This document shows, piece after piece, positions 24,651-36,787 of a stretch of 64,000 nucleotides of DNA; within the stretch, counting starts at the first letter, position 1; every line of letters starts with the position of its first letter. Made by a program: the position numbers and the translations under genes. Source of the stretch: Mobula hypostoma. Lineage: Eukaryota. Where the stretch lies: assembly GCF_963921235.1 (NCBI RefSeq), contig NC_086109.1, positions 21,206,001-21,270,000 of the forward strand, given 5' to 3'. Below the pieces are notes generated by a model. It had not been told where the DNA came from. It did no database searches and saw only the letters and a list, made by a program, of their open reading frames with translations.

Positions 24651-25149
24651 TCATCAATGACATGGGAAGTATCCAGGGCAATTTTGCAGTGGGAACAATC
24701 TCAACAGGAAATGTTGACTTTGTATTAATACATAATTTGATAATAAACCTAAATCTGATGTTAATCCATTTGCCAGCTAACTTTCAGTTGATTGTTCTCC
24801 AAATAGAGGTGACCTAGGGAATCCACCAAAATCCCATGCACAACATCATGGGACAAAGAGCCTGCATTGTGTTGCTACGAATGCATGATTCAGCTTGATT
24901 CACTTGGATTAGGCAGATTCCCAGAATCTTTCCCTGTCCATTATGTCATGGTAAATAGGGAAAATTTGCCTTCAGATCAGTCAAGGTTCTGGCTAGAAAT
25001 TACTGTTCAGTGACTCCCGAGGGATATTACTGCAATGTGGGATGTTATTTGGGATTTCATATAGTATTCTCCTTGGTACCTGCACATAGCCACAGCTCAT
25101 TGGGTCATTTGGGACTTCAAAGGTTCTAGATTCGACCACCCGAGTGTTG

Positions 25150-25400
25150 AACAACAGCACCTCTGACATACTCAGGACACCCGAGCACATAGTCCAGCGT
25201 GAGAGGGCAGGGTTGTCATGTCAGAGGCGTGATCATTCGGCTCTGAGGGCAGTCGTCTCAGGGGCCATGAAAATCCCCATGGCACTAAGAGAGTTCATCG
25301 AAGTAACCCTCATTCAAAATCACTAGACAATAGTTGATCTGATCATGATCACTTTTCAAGATCCGAAACCTTGCTGTGCAAGGATTCGGTGCATTCCTGC
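25150..25400 (+). mobile_element. Highly decayed Deu-domain SINE (SacSINE1/AmnSINE-like); further relics at ~37625-37675, ~53910-53980, ~61400-61610
   Basis: Motifs recalled from Deu-SINE consensus (aaaatccccatggcacta; gccaatatttatccctca; cttgctgtgc). Identity not computed. Confidence 0.45.
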
Positions 25401-28400
25401 AAACAAGAACGGCGGAGCCACAGAAAGATTCTACGTTCTTTTGTTAAATTATTGGCTACAAGACCTGTCTTGCCTACCAGTGCAAATTGTGGGCAGGAGT
25501 GCCAGCTACTGATTGTACTCAGCTCTACACATACCATTCCACGTCCTTCAATTAAATGAATTTCTCCCCAACTGTTCTTGCAAAGGGTTTTTGAATTTAT
25601 CCTCTTCAAGCACAAGTGTCTGCTGCAGGTTCTACTGCTCTGGAAAAGTTGGAACAGCTGCCCATGTTTGACATTGCCAAATCCCATTAGAATCCTAAAA
25701 AAAGGCAGCAATATGATCTTGCAACCTTTTGTTTTCCAATGAGAACATGCCCAATTTGCCCTTGTCACAATCCAGTCCCTTTCCCCTCAATCATCTGGGT
25801 TGCTCTGTCCTGAATTCTTTCAAAAGCTGCAATATCCCTCTAGTATTATGGTGACCAGAACTTCATGCATCATTCGAAACGGCAAGGAAGATGCTACGTG
25901 TGCGGTGAACCAAAATGCCGTGATGATTGCGACTTTATCTTTAATATTTTTCCTCACATCTGAAGCTCTTGGAAGTAGACATGTGGCTGATAACCGTAAA
26001 TTAGGTGGATACTTTAAGTTTAAAATCAGCATTTTTGGGGACGAAGAGTAATGTTCTTTTGTTCTGCATTTCACATCACGTTCAGGGTATCAAGTGACTT
26101 TCACTCCCAGGTATTATAGTGCGCACAATTTTTTAAGTCCTTCTATACTTGGAAGGGCATCGAAATAGCTTGGGAAGGTGATGAATTGAAAGCAATGGAA
26201 ATACTCAGCAGTTCTGGGAGCGTCTGTGGGGAGAGGAAAGATATGTGGGTCACTTTGATCCTGATTGATGCATGTGGGCTGCAAGACAAAAGTCAGAGAT
26301 GAGTTGGATATCTGACTGGGGCACGTGACCTCACACTCCACCACACTGAGCACAGGGATAGATTGCAAATGTACAGAGCTGAGATCTGGGTGCACTATGC
26401 ATGCAGCCTTCTATCAGACACAGCTCGTGTGCACAGGTTTGGAATAGGGACTCCAATAGCACAGCAGGTAATGTTGCTGCCTCACATCCCCGGCCACCCG
26501 CATTCGGTGCTCACTTCAGCTGCTCTCTGTGTACAGTTCAGTCATTCTCCCTGTGATCCCCGTGGGATTCCCTGGGGCCTCTGTTTTCCTCCTACCTATC
26601 AAAGAAATTGCGGATAATTGGATACCACAAATTCACGCTGGGTTAGATGGGAGAAAGGGGAAGTTGATCAGAAGGAACGGAGTCAGGAAATATAAAAAAG
26701 GGACTGGATTTGACAGGACTGCTCTGCGAGCTAGCATTGACCCAAAGGGCAAACTTCCTTTTCAGTGTATGAGAACTTGACCTTAATTGTAAAGAAATCT
26801 ATTTTTCGAATGTCCCTTTATGTTTTTAATTCATCTTTAGAATGTGTGTTATTAATTAAATCCACTATGTATTTTTAAATTAAATTTTATATCTTAATTA
26901 CCAGGACATTTTCAATATCTGCAACAAGGCAATCAGGACAATCACGGGGTCAGGGCCTCAGGATCCATCGCCTTAAGCCGAGTCGTTATTTATGAATCTT
27001 TCCATCTTGCAGAGCAGCTGCTGCCTTGTTCTAGAGGTTGACTGAACCCTTATGAGTATTAATAAAAGTATGACCTCAGGATTTGTGTGGGCAGTGACTG
27101 CAGGTTGTGGTCTGAATTAAAAACAACCTAGGAATGATCACAGTATATGTGACATATATTTAATTGGGTTGCTACCACTCAAGAACAGTTATTACTCTTC
27201 AACCATTAGGCTCCTGAAAAAGTGTGGATAGCTTCACTCATCTCAGCTCTGAACAAATTCCATAACCCATGAACTGACTTTTACTGACTCTACAATTCAT
27301 GTTCTCAAAATTATCTATCTATTTTCTCATTATAATTATCATTTGTTTTTGTTTTCTATTTACATAGCTTGCCTTTTTCGCACATGGGATGTCAGCCTTT
27401 GTGTGCAGTTTTTCACTGGTTCTATTGTAGTTCTTTGTTCTACTGTGAATGCCTGCAAGAAAACGAATCCCAGGGTAGTAAATGGTGACATATATGTAAT
27501 TTGGTAATAAATTTGCTTTGAACTTTAAGATTTAGAGTCACAAAGTCATAGAGCACTACAGCACAGAAACAGGCCCTTTGGCCCATCTAATCCATGCCAA
27601 ACCATACATGCCATGTGTCTATCTGTTCTCTTATACATCTAACAGTGATACTTAGGGAAAGTACAGACAGAAGGATCTTACTCACCAAAGAGAAGTTGGC
27701 TAACTCTGTAGATAAAACCTCAGTAAGAAATGTTGCTTTATAACTACGTTCTGCAACAAATATAATACAATGGGCAGTTTAAATTATCAGCTTCCTCCAG
27801 TGTCCTGGAGAGAAATAGTTTCAGGGATGTTTCACTCTTTTGCTTCCTGGTCTGTAGTATGCTTGTAACACTTTTGGTTTTATTTCAGACTTCCAGCATC
27901 TGCATTACTTTGCTTCTGCACAGGTATTCTGGTGTTCATGATGAGGGTCTTTACTCTAAAAGGCTGATAGATACTTCAACATTTATGATAAGAGTTGATA
28001 GAGTATACTGTATGTGTAAAAAATGTTTCCACCTATTTGAAAACTAGTCAATCCAATGTGGCATTCAGAAGAGCCTACGTTCACCAAGTTGATTAAATAT
28101 ATAACTTACTCCTGCAGGAATAGTTCAGGTGAACAAGTTACCTTACTTTAAATGCAAATCCATAAAGTCAGAGCACTACAATCAGGAATGGGGGAATGAT
28201 TGGATAGTTCCCCTGTCAATCTCGTGATAACCATATTGAAATTTGTGACATGGTTTCTGCACAAACTGGCTTCCTCTGGGGACGTTTATCCTGCTTTTAT
28301 TGGGAGAAGTTGTTGTAGAAGTTGTCCTCTGTTCTGTAAATGGTCTGAGTCTCCTGACTACGTATTGACACTAAAAACCTTTTTCAAAATAAAAATGAAA

Positions 28401-28589
28401 CCTTTTCTAGTGAAGTCTATATCTGAGAGAAGTTGTATCAGACTAACTCAATCATACTTGGCTGAATTAACAGACAAGACTTTGGGGAGGAGGACCAAAA
28501 CTGTATGCAGTTTTCCAGGTGAGGTTTCACCAACACCCTGTACAATTGTAACAAATTCTCCCTATTTTTAAATGCCAACCCCTTTGCAA

Positions 28590-29180
28590 TGAAGGCCAAA
28601 ATGCTGCTTGCTTCTCAATCAAATGTTGGACTTGTCTGCTGGTTTTTCTGTGATTTATTCACTAGAATGGCCCGTCTCCTCTATACATCGTGCATTTGCA
28701 GCCCCTTTTTCCATTCAGATCTGCCTTTTGATTTCTCTGACTGATGTGCATGACCTCACACTTCCCAGCATTATTCCCCATTTGCCAGTTTCTGCTCACT
28801 CAATCTACCCAAATCCTATTGAAGATTCTTGGAATCCTTATTATAACATTCCCTTTCACCTACTTTTGGAAGATCAAAAACCTTACATACTGTTCCTTCC
28901 CCCAGGTCATTAATGCAAATAGTGAACAATGAACTGACCTCCATGATACTTAACTAGTTAGCTCCTTCCGGTCTGCAAAGGTTTATTCCAACTCTCTGTT
29001 TTCTATTAGACAACCAGTTTCCAATCAATTGTGATGCACTTTCTCTGGTACCATGGGCTTTTAATTTAGGCATCAGCTTCCTATTTGGCACCTTGTTAAG
29101 TGCCTTCTGGAAATCTAAATATACCACATCTACGGTGTCTTCTCCACCATCCTTCCCTGACATAGTCAAAGAATTTGAGC
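28590..29180 (-). mobile_element. Decayed CR1 RT fragment
   Basis: VDVVYLDFQKALNKVP..KLKAHG..NWLSNRKQRVGIN. Confidence 0.8.
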
Positions 29181-29929
29181 AATGGCCTGTTGGATGTCTT
29201 ATATGGCCTGTCTCTGTGTAAAGTTCCCTTCTGACATGCAGGTGGTTATGGAGTGATGAGATGAAGCCTCATGGCCCCTAGATATTTACCTTTAAATGGC
29301 TTGCTCTCTTCTTCAATTGTCTGAGGGATGGCTTGATCTTCTCACTGGAGGTTCACAGAATTCACTTATAATTCCTACCCAGTGGGGTGGCATAATGCAA
29401 CGTTCCCAAACACCATTAAGGTAATTCCAAGAGGTGGACATGGTCAGTTCAGGGAACATTTAATCTGTCTCCCAAATCCATCGAAAGATGAAAACTAGAA
29501 ACACACTAGAAAGGGCAGAGGAAGATTAAAATAAAGTCCACCTGTTGCCTTGCAAGCAAAACCCGGTAGACTTTTTTTGTAAATTAAATCAGTTGAGTAA
29601 CTAGAAGCCAAAAGTTTATTGGTGCCGGCTGACTTTATGCCAGGTCCATAGTTTGCCTTTGGACTTAACATTTTTACCAACCTGACTTACTGATGGGGAG
29701 GGGGGTGGTGGTGGGAGCACCTGAATATCAAAGGCATCTCCGTTGAAATAAGGAAAGGAATCAGAATCAGCTTTATTATCACCGGCATGTGTTGTGAAAT
29801 TTGTTAACTTAGCAGCAGCAGTTCAATGCAACACATAATATAGACAAAAATAATAAATGAAATGAAAATGATAATAAAATAATAATAAGTAAATCAATTA
29901 CAGTATACATATGTTGAATAGAAATACCG

Positions 29930-30314
29930 TACGAGAGCTGATTGATAAGTTCGTGGCCTAAGGTAGAAGGAGTTAATTTTAGAAAATCTAGCACATTTAT
30001 TTTTCAACATAGTCCCCTCCACAGCAGAGGTGATTTGATAAGTTCATGGCCTAAGGTAGAAGGAGATGAGTTATACGGCTCTTGTTACATGCACATGCAG
30101 TTCAACTCTTTGAGTGGTTATGCAGAAAGTTTGAAGTTAATAACTCATCAGGGGTGATTGATAAGTTCGTGGCCTAAGGTAGAAGGAGATGAGTTATTAA
30201 CTTCAAACTTTCTGCATAATTACTCAAAGCATTGAACTGCATGTGCATGTAACGAGAGTCATATAACTCATCTCCTTCTACCTTAGGCCACAAACTTATC
30301 AATCACCCCTCGCA
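29930..30314. mobile_element. Mariner-like MITE with reiterated TIR
   Basis: ta-cgagagctgattgataagttcgtggcctaaggtagaaggag at the left end, its reverse complement ending at 30312, and direct copies at ~30027 and ~30150. Confidence 0.8.
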
Positions 30315-30341
30315 TATTTAAAAAAAAGTGAGGTAGTGTCC

Positions 30342-30935
30342 AAGGTTGTCAAGCCGAGGAGTGGCAATGGGAACAAGCTCCCACTACCTAAAAGTGCTCC
30401 TCACGGCATGTACCTCAAATAGCCTCTGACAACCAAGTCCAACTCCTGGCCTTCTCGTGTGGCTTAGCCTCTAAGCCCGGCAGAACTGTTTCTACTGACA
30501 GGAGAAGGGGCGAAGGCGGGTCCTGGTGCCTTAAAACCAGTGCTTCGGGTAGATGGAGCTTGTCAGCCTGGGAAGGCAGTCCATCTAAGAGAGGGAAAAC
30601 TCTGATTTCAAACCTCCACTGTCTTGCGGCCATACCCACTCATGGGAAAGACTTTGGGAGTAAACCTTGAGGACAAATCCAGAGCTGGAGTCCCTAAGGC
30701 AGTCCGACGTTGCTTTCAACCTCGCTCTGGCAACCCCTGCGACATCACTGGTACCAAGCTGTACCAGCCCTTGCCCTCCCCTTGGACAACTGTGGTGTTG
30801 TGGAGAGCGGGGACTTGCTGCATGGGCAAATACCGGTCTTCCATACAACTTTGCCCAGGCCTGCGCCCTGGAGAGACTGAAGCAAGACTTTCCAAGCAGA
30901 GATCCATGATCTCGTGAGACTAACGGATGCCATCC
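30342..30935 (+). mobile_element. Non-coding RTE-type non-autonomous retroelement (family B)
   Basis: Colinear with 38662-39228; last ~190 bp shared with the tRNA-SINE at 57023-57329. Confidence 0.65.
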
Positions 30936-32039
30936 ACCCAAGATGGAGCTGGCTAGATTAACAACTCCCTGCAGCTTCTTTCGGTCCTGTGCAGTAGCAC
31001 CGCACCTGCCCCGCCCCCCCCCAAGCCCCCTCCATACCAGACAGTGATGCAGCCTGTCAGAATGCTCTCCATGGTACATCTATAAAGGTTTTTGAGTGTA
31101 TTTGTTGACATACCAAATCTCTTCAAACTCCTAGTAAAGTATAGCCATCGCCTTGCCTTCTTTATAACTACATCGATATGTTGGGACCAGGTTAGATCCT
31201 CAGAGATCTTGATTAACGTAGAATTGTTGGAAGCTCCTAATCTGTATTCCATGCTTTGTTCACTTCCCACAAATGAAGAGATCAAAAGGAGTACTCAGTG
31301 ACTGGGAATCTCCTACAGAAATTCCTCTTAGTAGGAGGGAACTTAGGGACTATAGATATTTTCCTTGACGCCTTCCCAATTTCCACTTCTTTGATCACAC
31401 TCACATTCGTTATCCAAAATTAACCTATGTTAATGAACCATCTTTGTACTTTTGCCCAGTTTTGGTCTGTGTATTTCGGTGAGTACTTAGATATTTATGC
31501 ATTGCAGGTATAAGATGTAAAATGTTTATTGTAATTGTAATAAATGATCATGCATTTTGTATCATGATATCAGTAAATAAACCTAATGCAAGTTTAGCCT
31601 GTATCAATCAATCATTATTTCAACGTTATTGTCTGACAGTTATGTTGGGAATGTCAGGAAATAGCGGTAATATGCATGTAATGCCGAATTTACAACATAG
31701 GGAGAATGGGGATTGCATTTAAAACATATGTGACAGGCTTTTGGATTTTTGTTTCCAGTAGTGGCAAATTAAATTTGGTAGCAGTAACTGAATTAATTTT
31801 TTTTGCAGTAGAAACAAGACTAAAATGCTTTTAGAAAGACTGGGCCAATATCACTGATAATAATTTTTTTCAAAAGTGTTGCTTCCTCAGAATTTTTGTT
31901 GTTTTTGATAGACTGCTTGAAGCTGAACACAAATATAATTTCGGACTATTAGGAATTTGGAGAAACAAGAAATTAACTTATATTGAATATGCATTTTAAT
32001 TGCATAACAGTGCTGATGCTTTGCAATAGTTTAACAAAT

Positions 32040-32626
32040 TTAAAATGTTTTGTTGATGATTTTCATTTGTACTCAGTGTCTGAGGCTTCTCATTTAAGTG
32101 TCCGACAATAATCACCAGCATTGATGGATTCTAGTTGCCTGATACCATCTCTCCATGACCCAAATGTTCTGGTGAAACCTTTCACCATGCTCGTCACTGA
32201 CAGCACCAAGACTTGCAGGAAAGAAGTCTAAATGGCAATGCAGAAAATGAATCTTTAGTGACATGTTGCACCGCCTGGTTTTGTATGCTTGAAGCAAGTT
32301 GTCAACCAATTGCACGTAGTTTGGTGCCAAGAAAATTTTCAGCAACATTCTTGAATACCTTCCATGTGATTTTTCTCCAATCCCACTGGAAATTCTCTGA
32401 ATTGCCTGTCATTGATGAGCTGTTTGATTCGTGGGCCAAAGATGCCTTCCTTAATCTTGGCATCTGTTATTCTGACTTGAATTATGAATTGAAGTAACAA
32501 ATATAGGCAATTTCAAAGCAATGGTGTGTGATAGGGAAATTTCATGGTGATTTTCATGACCAGCAGCCCAAAGTCCATAAGATATACCCAAAACTATTCA
32601 GGAAGCAAAATCTTTGTTGTCCAGTG
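32040..32626 (-). mobile_element. Chapaev3-like (CMC) DNA transposon remnant
   Basis: MSLKIHFLHCHLDFFPASLGAVSDEHGERFHQ transposase motif (32112-32348); terminus cactggacaacaaa at 32626 followed by TAA. Superfamily assigned from recall. Confidence 0.7.
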
Positions 32627-33619
32627 TAACCAGTTGGTTGACAGCCTCTAATCTCAAAGGTTATATGAAGTTTCTGAGGCAGGCTAGAGACTGATGAGGA
32701 GAAATAATATAATAATGCCATGACTGGAAAAATAATATTTAGAAGCTACACAACATCTGGACCCTCAGAAGGTCTTCCCAAGTACTGAAGTTCTGTGGAA
32801 GGACAGTGCTTTGTATATGATAGCTGCAACTAAATTACTGCTTCCTCCCAACAGTGTCGGTGTGAATGGAAGTAAGAAATTGCAAGGAAAAGGATTCACT
32901 CTTGGGAGTTTTCTATCATCCCTTTACAATAACAGCCCTCTTAGAAGAGTAATAATCAAGAAATAAAGGGGCCTTGTGAGAAAGATTATGAATAACTCTG
33001 GGCGATTTTAATCCTCATATAGATTAGGAAAATCAAATTGACTAAAGTAGTCATGAAGATGAGCTCATAGAGTTTATTCAGGACAGTTTCTTAGAACAAT
33101 ATGTTGCAGAACCAGTCAGGGAAAAAGCTATTTTAAATTTGCTCATGTGTAATGAGACAGGATTAATTAATGATCTTACAGTAAAGGATTCTCTTGAGAA
33201 GAATTTCATGTTCCGTTTGAGAGTGTACAACCTGGGCCTCAAGACAGTGTCTTAAGCCTAAATCAAGACAATTACAAAAGTACGAGGGCATGGATGGTTA
33301 AAACAAATAAATTAGAAGCTAAGGTGGTGAGTACACTGAGGCAGATATTTAAGGTAATAATTTACTCTCAACAAAAATATATTCAATGAGAGGGATGGCC
33401 TATCAATAGTTAAAGTTAGGTTGGTACCAAGATGAAAGACAAGGTGTATAATGTAAAAAGTTTGATGGTGGGTCAAAAGACTAGGAGCATTTTATAAACC
33501 AGCAAGAGACGAATAACAAGTTAAAGGGCAGGGTAACGGGTTGTGCAAATAAACCAGTTTGTCTAAAGATGTATAGTAAGAAATTCGTCAAGCATATAGA
33601 AAGTAGAAGATGAAAAAGA

Positions 33620-33997
33620 ATCTAGTGTTTTCCCGGGGTATATGACGAATAAACTCGTCTAGAGCTTCCAGCTAGGTTCAGGGATCGATTTTAGCCGATG
33701 TTTTGATGGCAAACTCTGCCATCTTCATCAGGGATGATACCTGGCCATGTCTAGGTGATATTTATACCCCTTTCATCTGTGTCATCTAGTTGTGTAGTCC
33801 TCAACCAATCAGATTTCCGCTGTCGCACCTTGTTTACAATCAAATTCCAGTTCTTACTTAACAGCAAGACCTCCGTCTCCATTAAAATTCTTTTTCTCTG
33901 GTTTTACTTCAATGGCTTCCTTCACCAGGCGGTCCCGAAAGCCATTGATGCTGCACAGTAGTTTCTGTAACATCGAAGTCAAACCTGTGGCCATTGA
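33620..33997 (-). mobile_element. Second Penelope-like family: GIY-YIG tail + pLTR with hammerhead
   Basis: Minus translation NGHRFDFD..LLCSINGFRDRLVKEAIEVK..KNFNGDGG; hammerhead at 33693-33735. Confidence 0.75.
33693..33735 (-). ncRNA. Hammerhead motif, long stem II type (G12 mutated)
   Basis: CTGATGA-a-gatggca-gagtt-tgccatc-aAAA-C-ATC. Confidence 0.55.
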
Positions 33998-34075
33998 AAT
34001 AGCTGCAGAGATAAATGATGCATTGGTTGTGATCTACTAATATTTAGGAGGATGAGAGGTGACTTGATAGACATG

Positions 34076-34645
34076 TGTTCGTCCATCGCCGATGTCGATG
34101 AGGACCTCGACACCATTATGATGATGATGGTGTCGAGACTAGTGCGTGATTTGGATATAAGTGAGGGAGAGTTGCACAGTGTCAGCCTCACTCTCTCTTC
34201 CCAATTCCCATCTGGATCCAGTGGCAAGACAGAGTCGAGATGGCTGGAGATGGGATTAGGCGCAGTGGATGACCAGGACATCTTCTGTGTCTTGTCCTGC
34301 TCTACACGTTCTACGACACTTGCAGAGACCGCCTTCTTGACTGTTGGATCTTCCATAGGTCTCGTCTGCTCAATCTGCCGGAGTCTGTCTTCACGTGCTG
34401 GGAGAGACATCTCCCTATCTCACCGAGGGTTTGAGACCCGTCGGCTACCCTCACCTGGTTTGGCCGGCTTGTCGAAGTCGTTGCCCGGGGTGTGGCCGCT
34501 GTTGAATGCAACCAGCTACGGGGAGCCACAGGTGAGAGCTGAGTACCAGGTGGGGACCAAAGGTGGACTAACTGCCTTGAAAAGGACGCGACATGTTCCC
34601 CCACCAGAGGTGCTACCCCTCCCTGACACTCTATACACCCCCACA
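34076..34645 (-). mobile_element. Non-coding RTE-type element (family C) inserted in a CR1 3' fragment
   Basis: The CR1 sequence 'aggaggatgagaggtgacttgataga' resumes after 34645 as 'gtatacaagatgataagaggcataga'. Confidence 0.6.
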
Positions 34646-35157
34646 GACGTATACAAGATGATAAGAGGCATAGACTGAGTGGATAGCCAGAGGCTTGCCC
34701 CCTAGGGCAGAAAAAAAAGCTAATATGAGGGGACATAAGCTAATATGAGGGGGGAATTGGATGAGAGTGTAGTGGGGGAGGGATAATGTCAAAGATATGT
34801 TTTATCCAACTGGAGAATCGTGGGTGTGTGGAATATGCTGCCAGGGAAGTGGTAGAGGCAGCTATATTACAGACGTTTAGATAGGCACATGAGTGAAAGA
34901 AACATGAAGAGTTATGTAGGAAGGAAGGGTTAGGTTGATGTTAAAGTAGGTTATGAGGTTGGCACAACATTTTGTGCATGTACTGTGCAGTGGTGTTCTA
35001 TCTTCTATACTGCATATTCTAATATTTCTGAGATTGACAGAAAGATTCTGGTGGACTTGAAGACCACATATGTAAGCCTCTTCTTCAAGAATTCCTTAAA
35101 CCAGGCAGTTAAATTACAGTCCAACAGGAATCAGTGCTGTTGGTCCAACTTACGTAC

Positions 35158-35490
35158 TGTCCGTTACGATGCTGGCATTTAGGGCAGCAATGAAGGTCCT
35201 CCATCTCTGTCTGTCCGTACCTTCACACACAGATATAGAAGGATTCTTCATTGCTGTTTCCATAATAATTTTTTTGACTGGTCAGGGTCATTGGCCCTGG
35301 GCTGCCCCACCAAACCTGGAGGACTGGTGGACTACTCTTAGTCTGGCTTCTACCCTTTACCCTGTTTGGCATGGGTGATCCTACCAAGGGCCAAAGCACT
35401 AGGCTCTGACTCCAACCAACATAGCTCTCTGGGTTATTGAGGCACACCAGCCTCCAAATCCTACAACCTGGTTGTGGTCCTCTTGGAGGT
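35158..35490 (-). mobile_element. RTE 5'UTR-derived non-autonomous element (family A2)
   Basis: RTE-type 5' motifs (gtgtgcctcaataacccagagagctatg, cacccatg, ccagactaaga) in the same order as at 57517-57931. Confidence 0.65.
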
Positions 35491-36615
35491 GTTGGCTCAA
35501 CTATTTAAAGTCTAACTTAGATGAAGGGATCTTGTGCGTTGTAGCAAAGTTTGCTGATGATACAAAATGAGAATGAAAGTTATACAATGGACGAAAAGAT
35601 TCCGTGAAGGGATATAGAGGTTAAATGAGTGAGCAAACCTTTGGAAGGCAGAGTGTAATCTGGGAAGGTGTGAGATTATGCATGTCAAGTGAAGAATAAA
35701 CAACCGCTGTTTAATTGAGATAGAGTACTGAATGCTGACATTAAAGAGAGATTTGAGTGTCCTTCATCATAAAACACAGATAGTTAACATTCAAAACCAG
35801 CAGACATTCAGGAAGGGAAATGGATTGCTGGGTTTTATTGCAAGCAGGTTGGAATACTAAATCCAGGGAGATCTCACCTGGTGGATTGCATACTGGGTTA
35901 GTCCACTTGTTACATTGGAGGTTAGTGGACTGTTATATGAGGAATAATTGGACGGGTCAGGTCTACTTTCATTGAGACTGAAAGACTGAGATGTAATTGT
36001 ATTGAATTGTTTGACATTCTGAGGGGACTGCACAGTCTTAGAGGGCGCTTCCCTTTGTGGGAGAATCAATAACTAGGGACAAAGTTTCAGAATTCAGTGT
36101 TATATATCAATGCAACTAGTAAGCAGATCCCTCCCAGCTTCTGTGGCTTGGATTCAAAACCTGGCTCCTGGTAATGTCTGTGTGGCGTTTGTACATTCTG
36201 TATGTGTTTCCTCTGGGTGCTCTGGTTTCCGCTAACATCCCAAAGATGTGAGAGTTGGTAGGTAGATTGGCCAATGTAACTTGCCTCTGGTATGTAGGTG
36301 AGTGGTGGAAGGTAGCAGGAGTTGAGGGGAAAATGGGGAGAATAGAGACGGATCAGTGTTAGTGACTGCTTGATAGTCAACGTGGACTTTGGCAGTGGAA
36401 GTGTCAGTGTCAATGCTATATAGCTGCATGGCTAAGACTATGAGAATAATGAAGCAGCCATTAAGATGCAGATGATAGCTTTGAGTCTTTGGACTTCTTA
36501 ACTCCTGAGACTGTGCTATTGAATTATGGTCAAGGTCAGGATAAGAAGGAATTTTTGGACACAGTGGAAGTCAAGAGCAGACATTGAGCCAAGGCCAAGA
36601 TCAGATCAGTTAATA

Positions 36616-36787
36616 ACCCACACAAAATGCTGGAGGAACTCAGCAGGCCAGGCTGGGCAGCATCAATGGAAAAAGAGTACAATCGATTGTACTCTTTTCC
36701 ACAGATGCTTCCTGGCTTGGTGAGTTCCTCCAGCATTTTGTGTGTGTTGCTCGCATTTCCAGCATCTGCAGAATTTCTATTGTTTGT
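36616..36787 (+). mobile_element. Fold-back PLE-derived mini-element with 17-bp TSD
   Basis: Perfect 28-bp central palindrome (36671-36698), longer imperfect arms, family tail; TSD gatcagatcagttaata (36599-36615, 36788-36804). Confidence 0.9.

Larger units (their letters stand above)
29757..31215 (-). mobile_element. Rex1/Babar-like LINE 3' fragment hosting two nested insertions
   Basis: ISEDLTWSQHI..KKARRWLYF..YRCTMESILTGCITVWYG..QDRKKLQGVV at 30940-31215; (ctgatt)n tail at 29757-29771. Confidence 0.75.

Noticed and set aside
29930..30314. CRISPR-like repeat-spacer array
   Set aside because: Eukaryotic context, irregular and self-similar spacers, an inverted terminal copy and no cas genes; explained as a MITE.
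34052..34736. 208-aa and 141-143-aa overlapping ORFs
   Set aside because: They lie in a GC-rich repeat and cross its boundaries into CR1 sequence; no recognisable protein motif.
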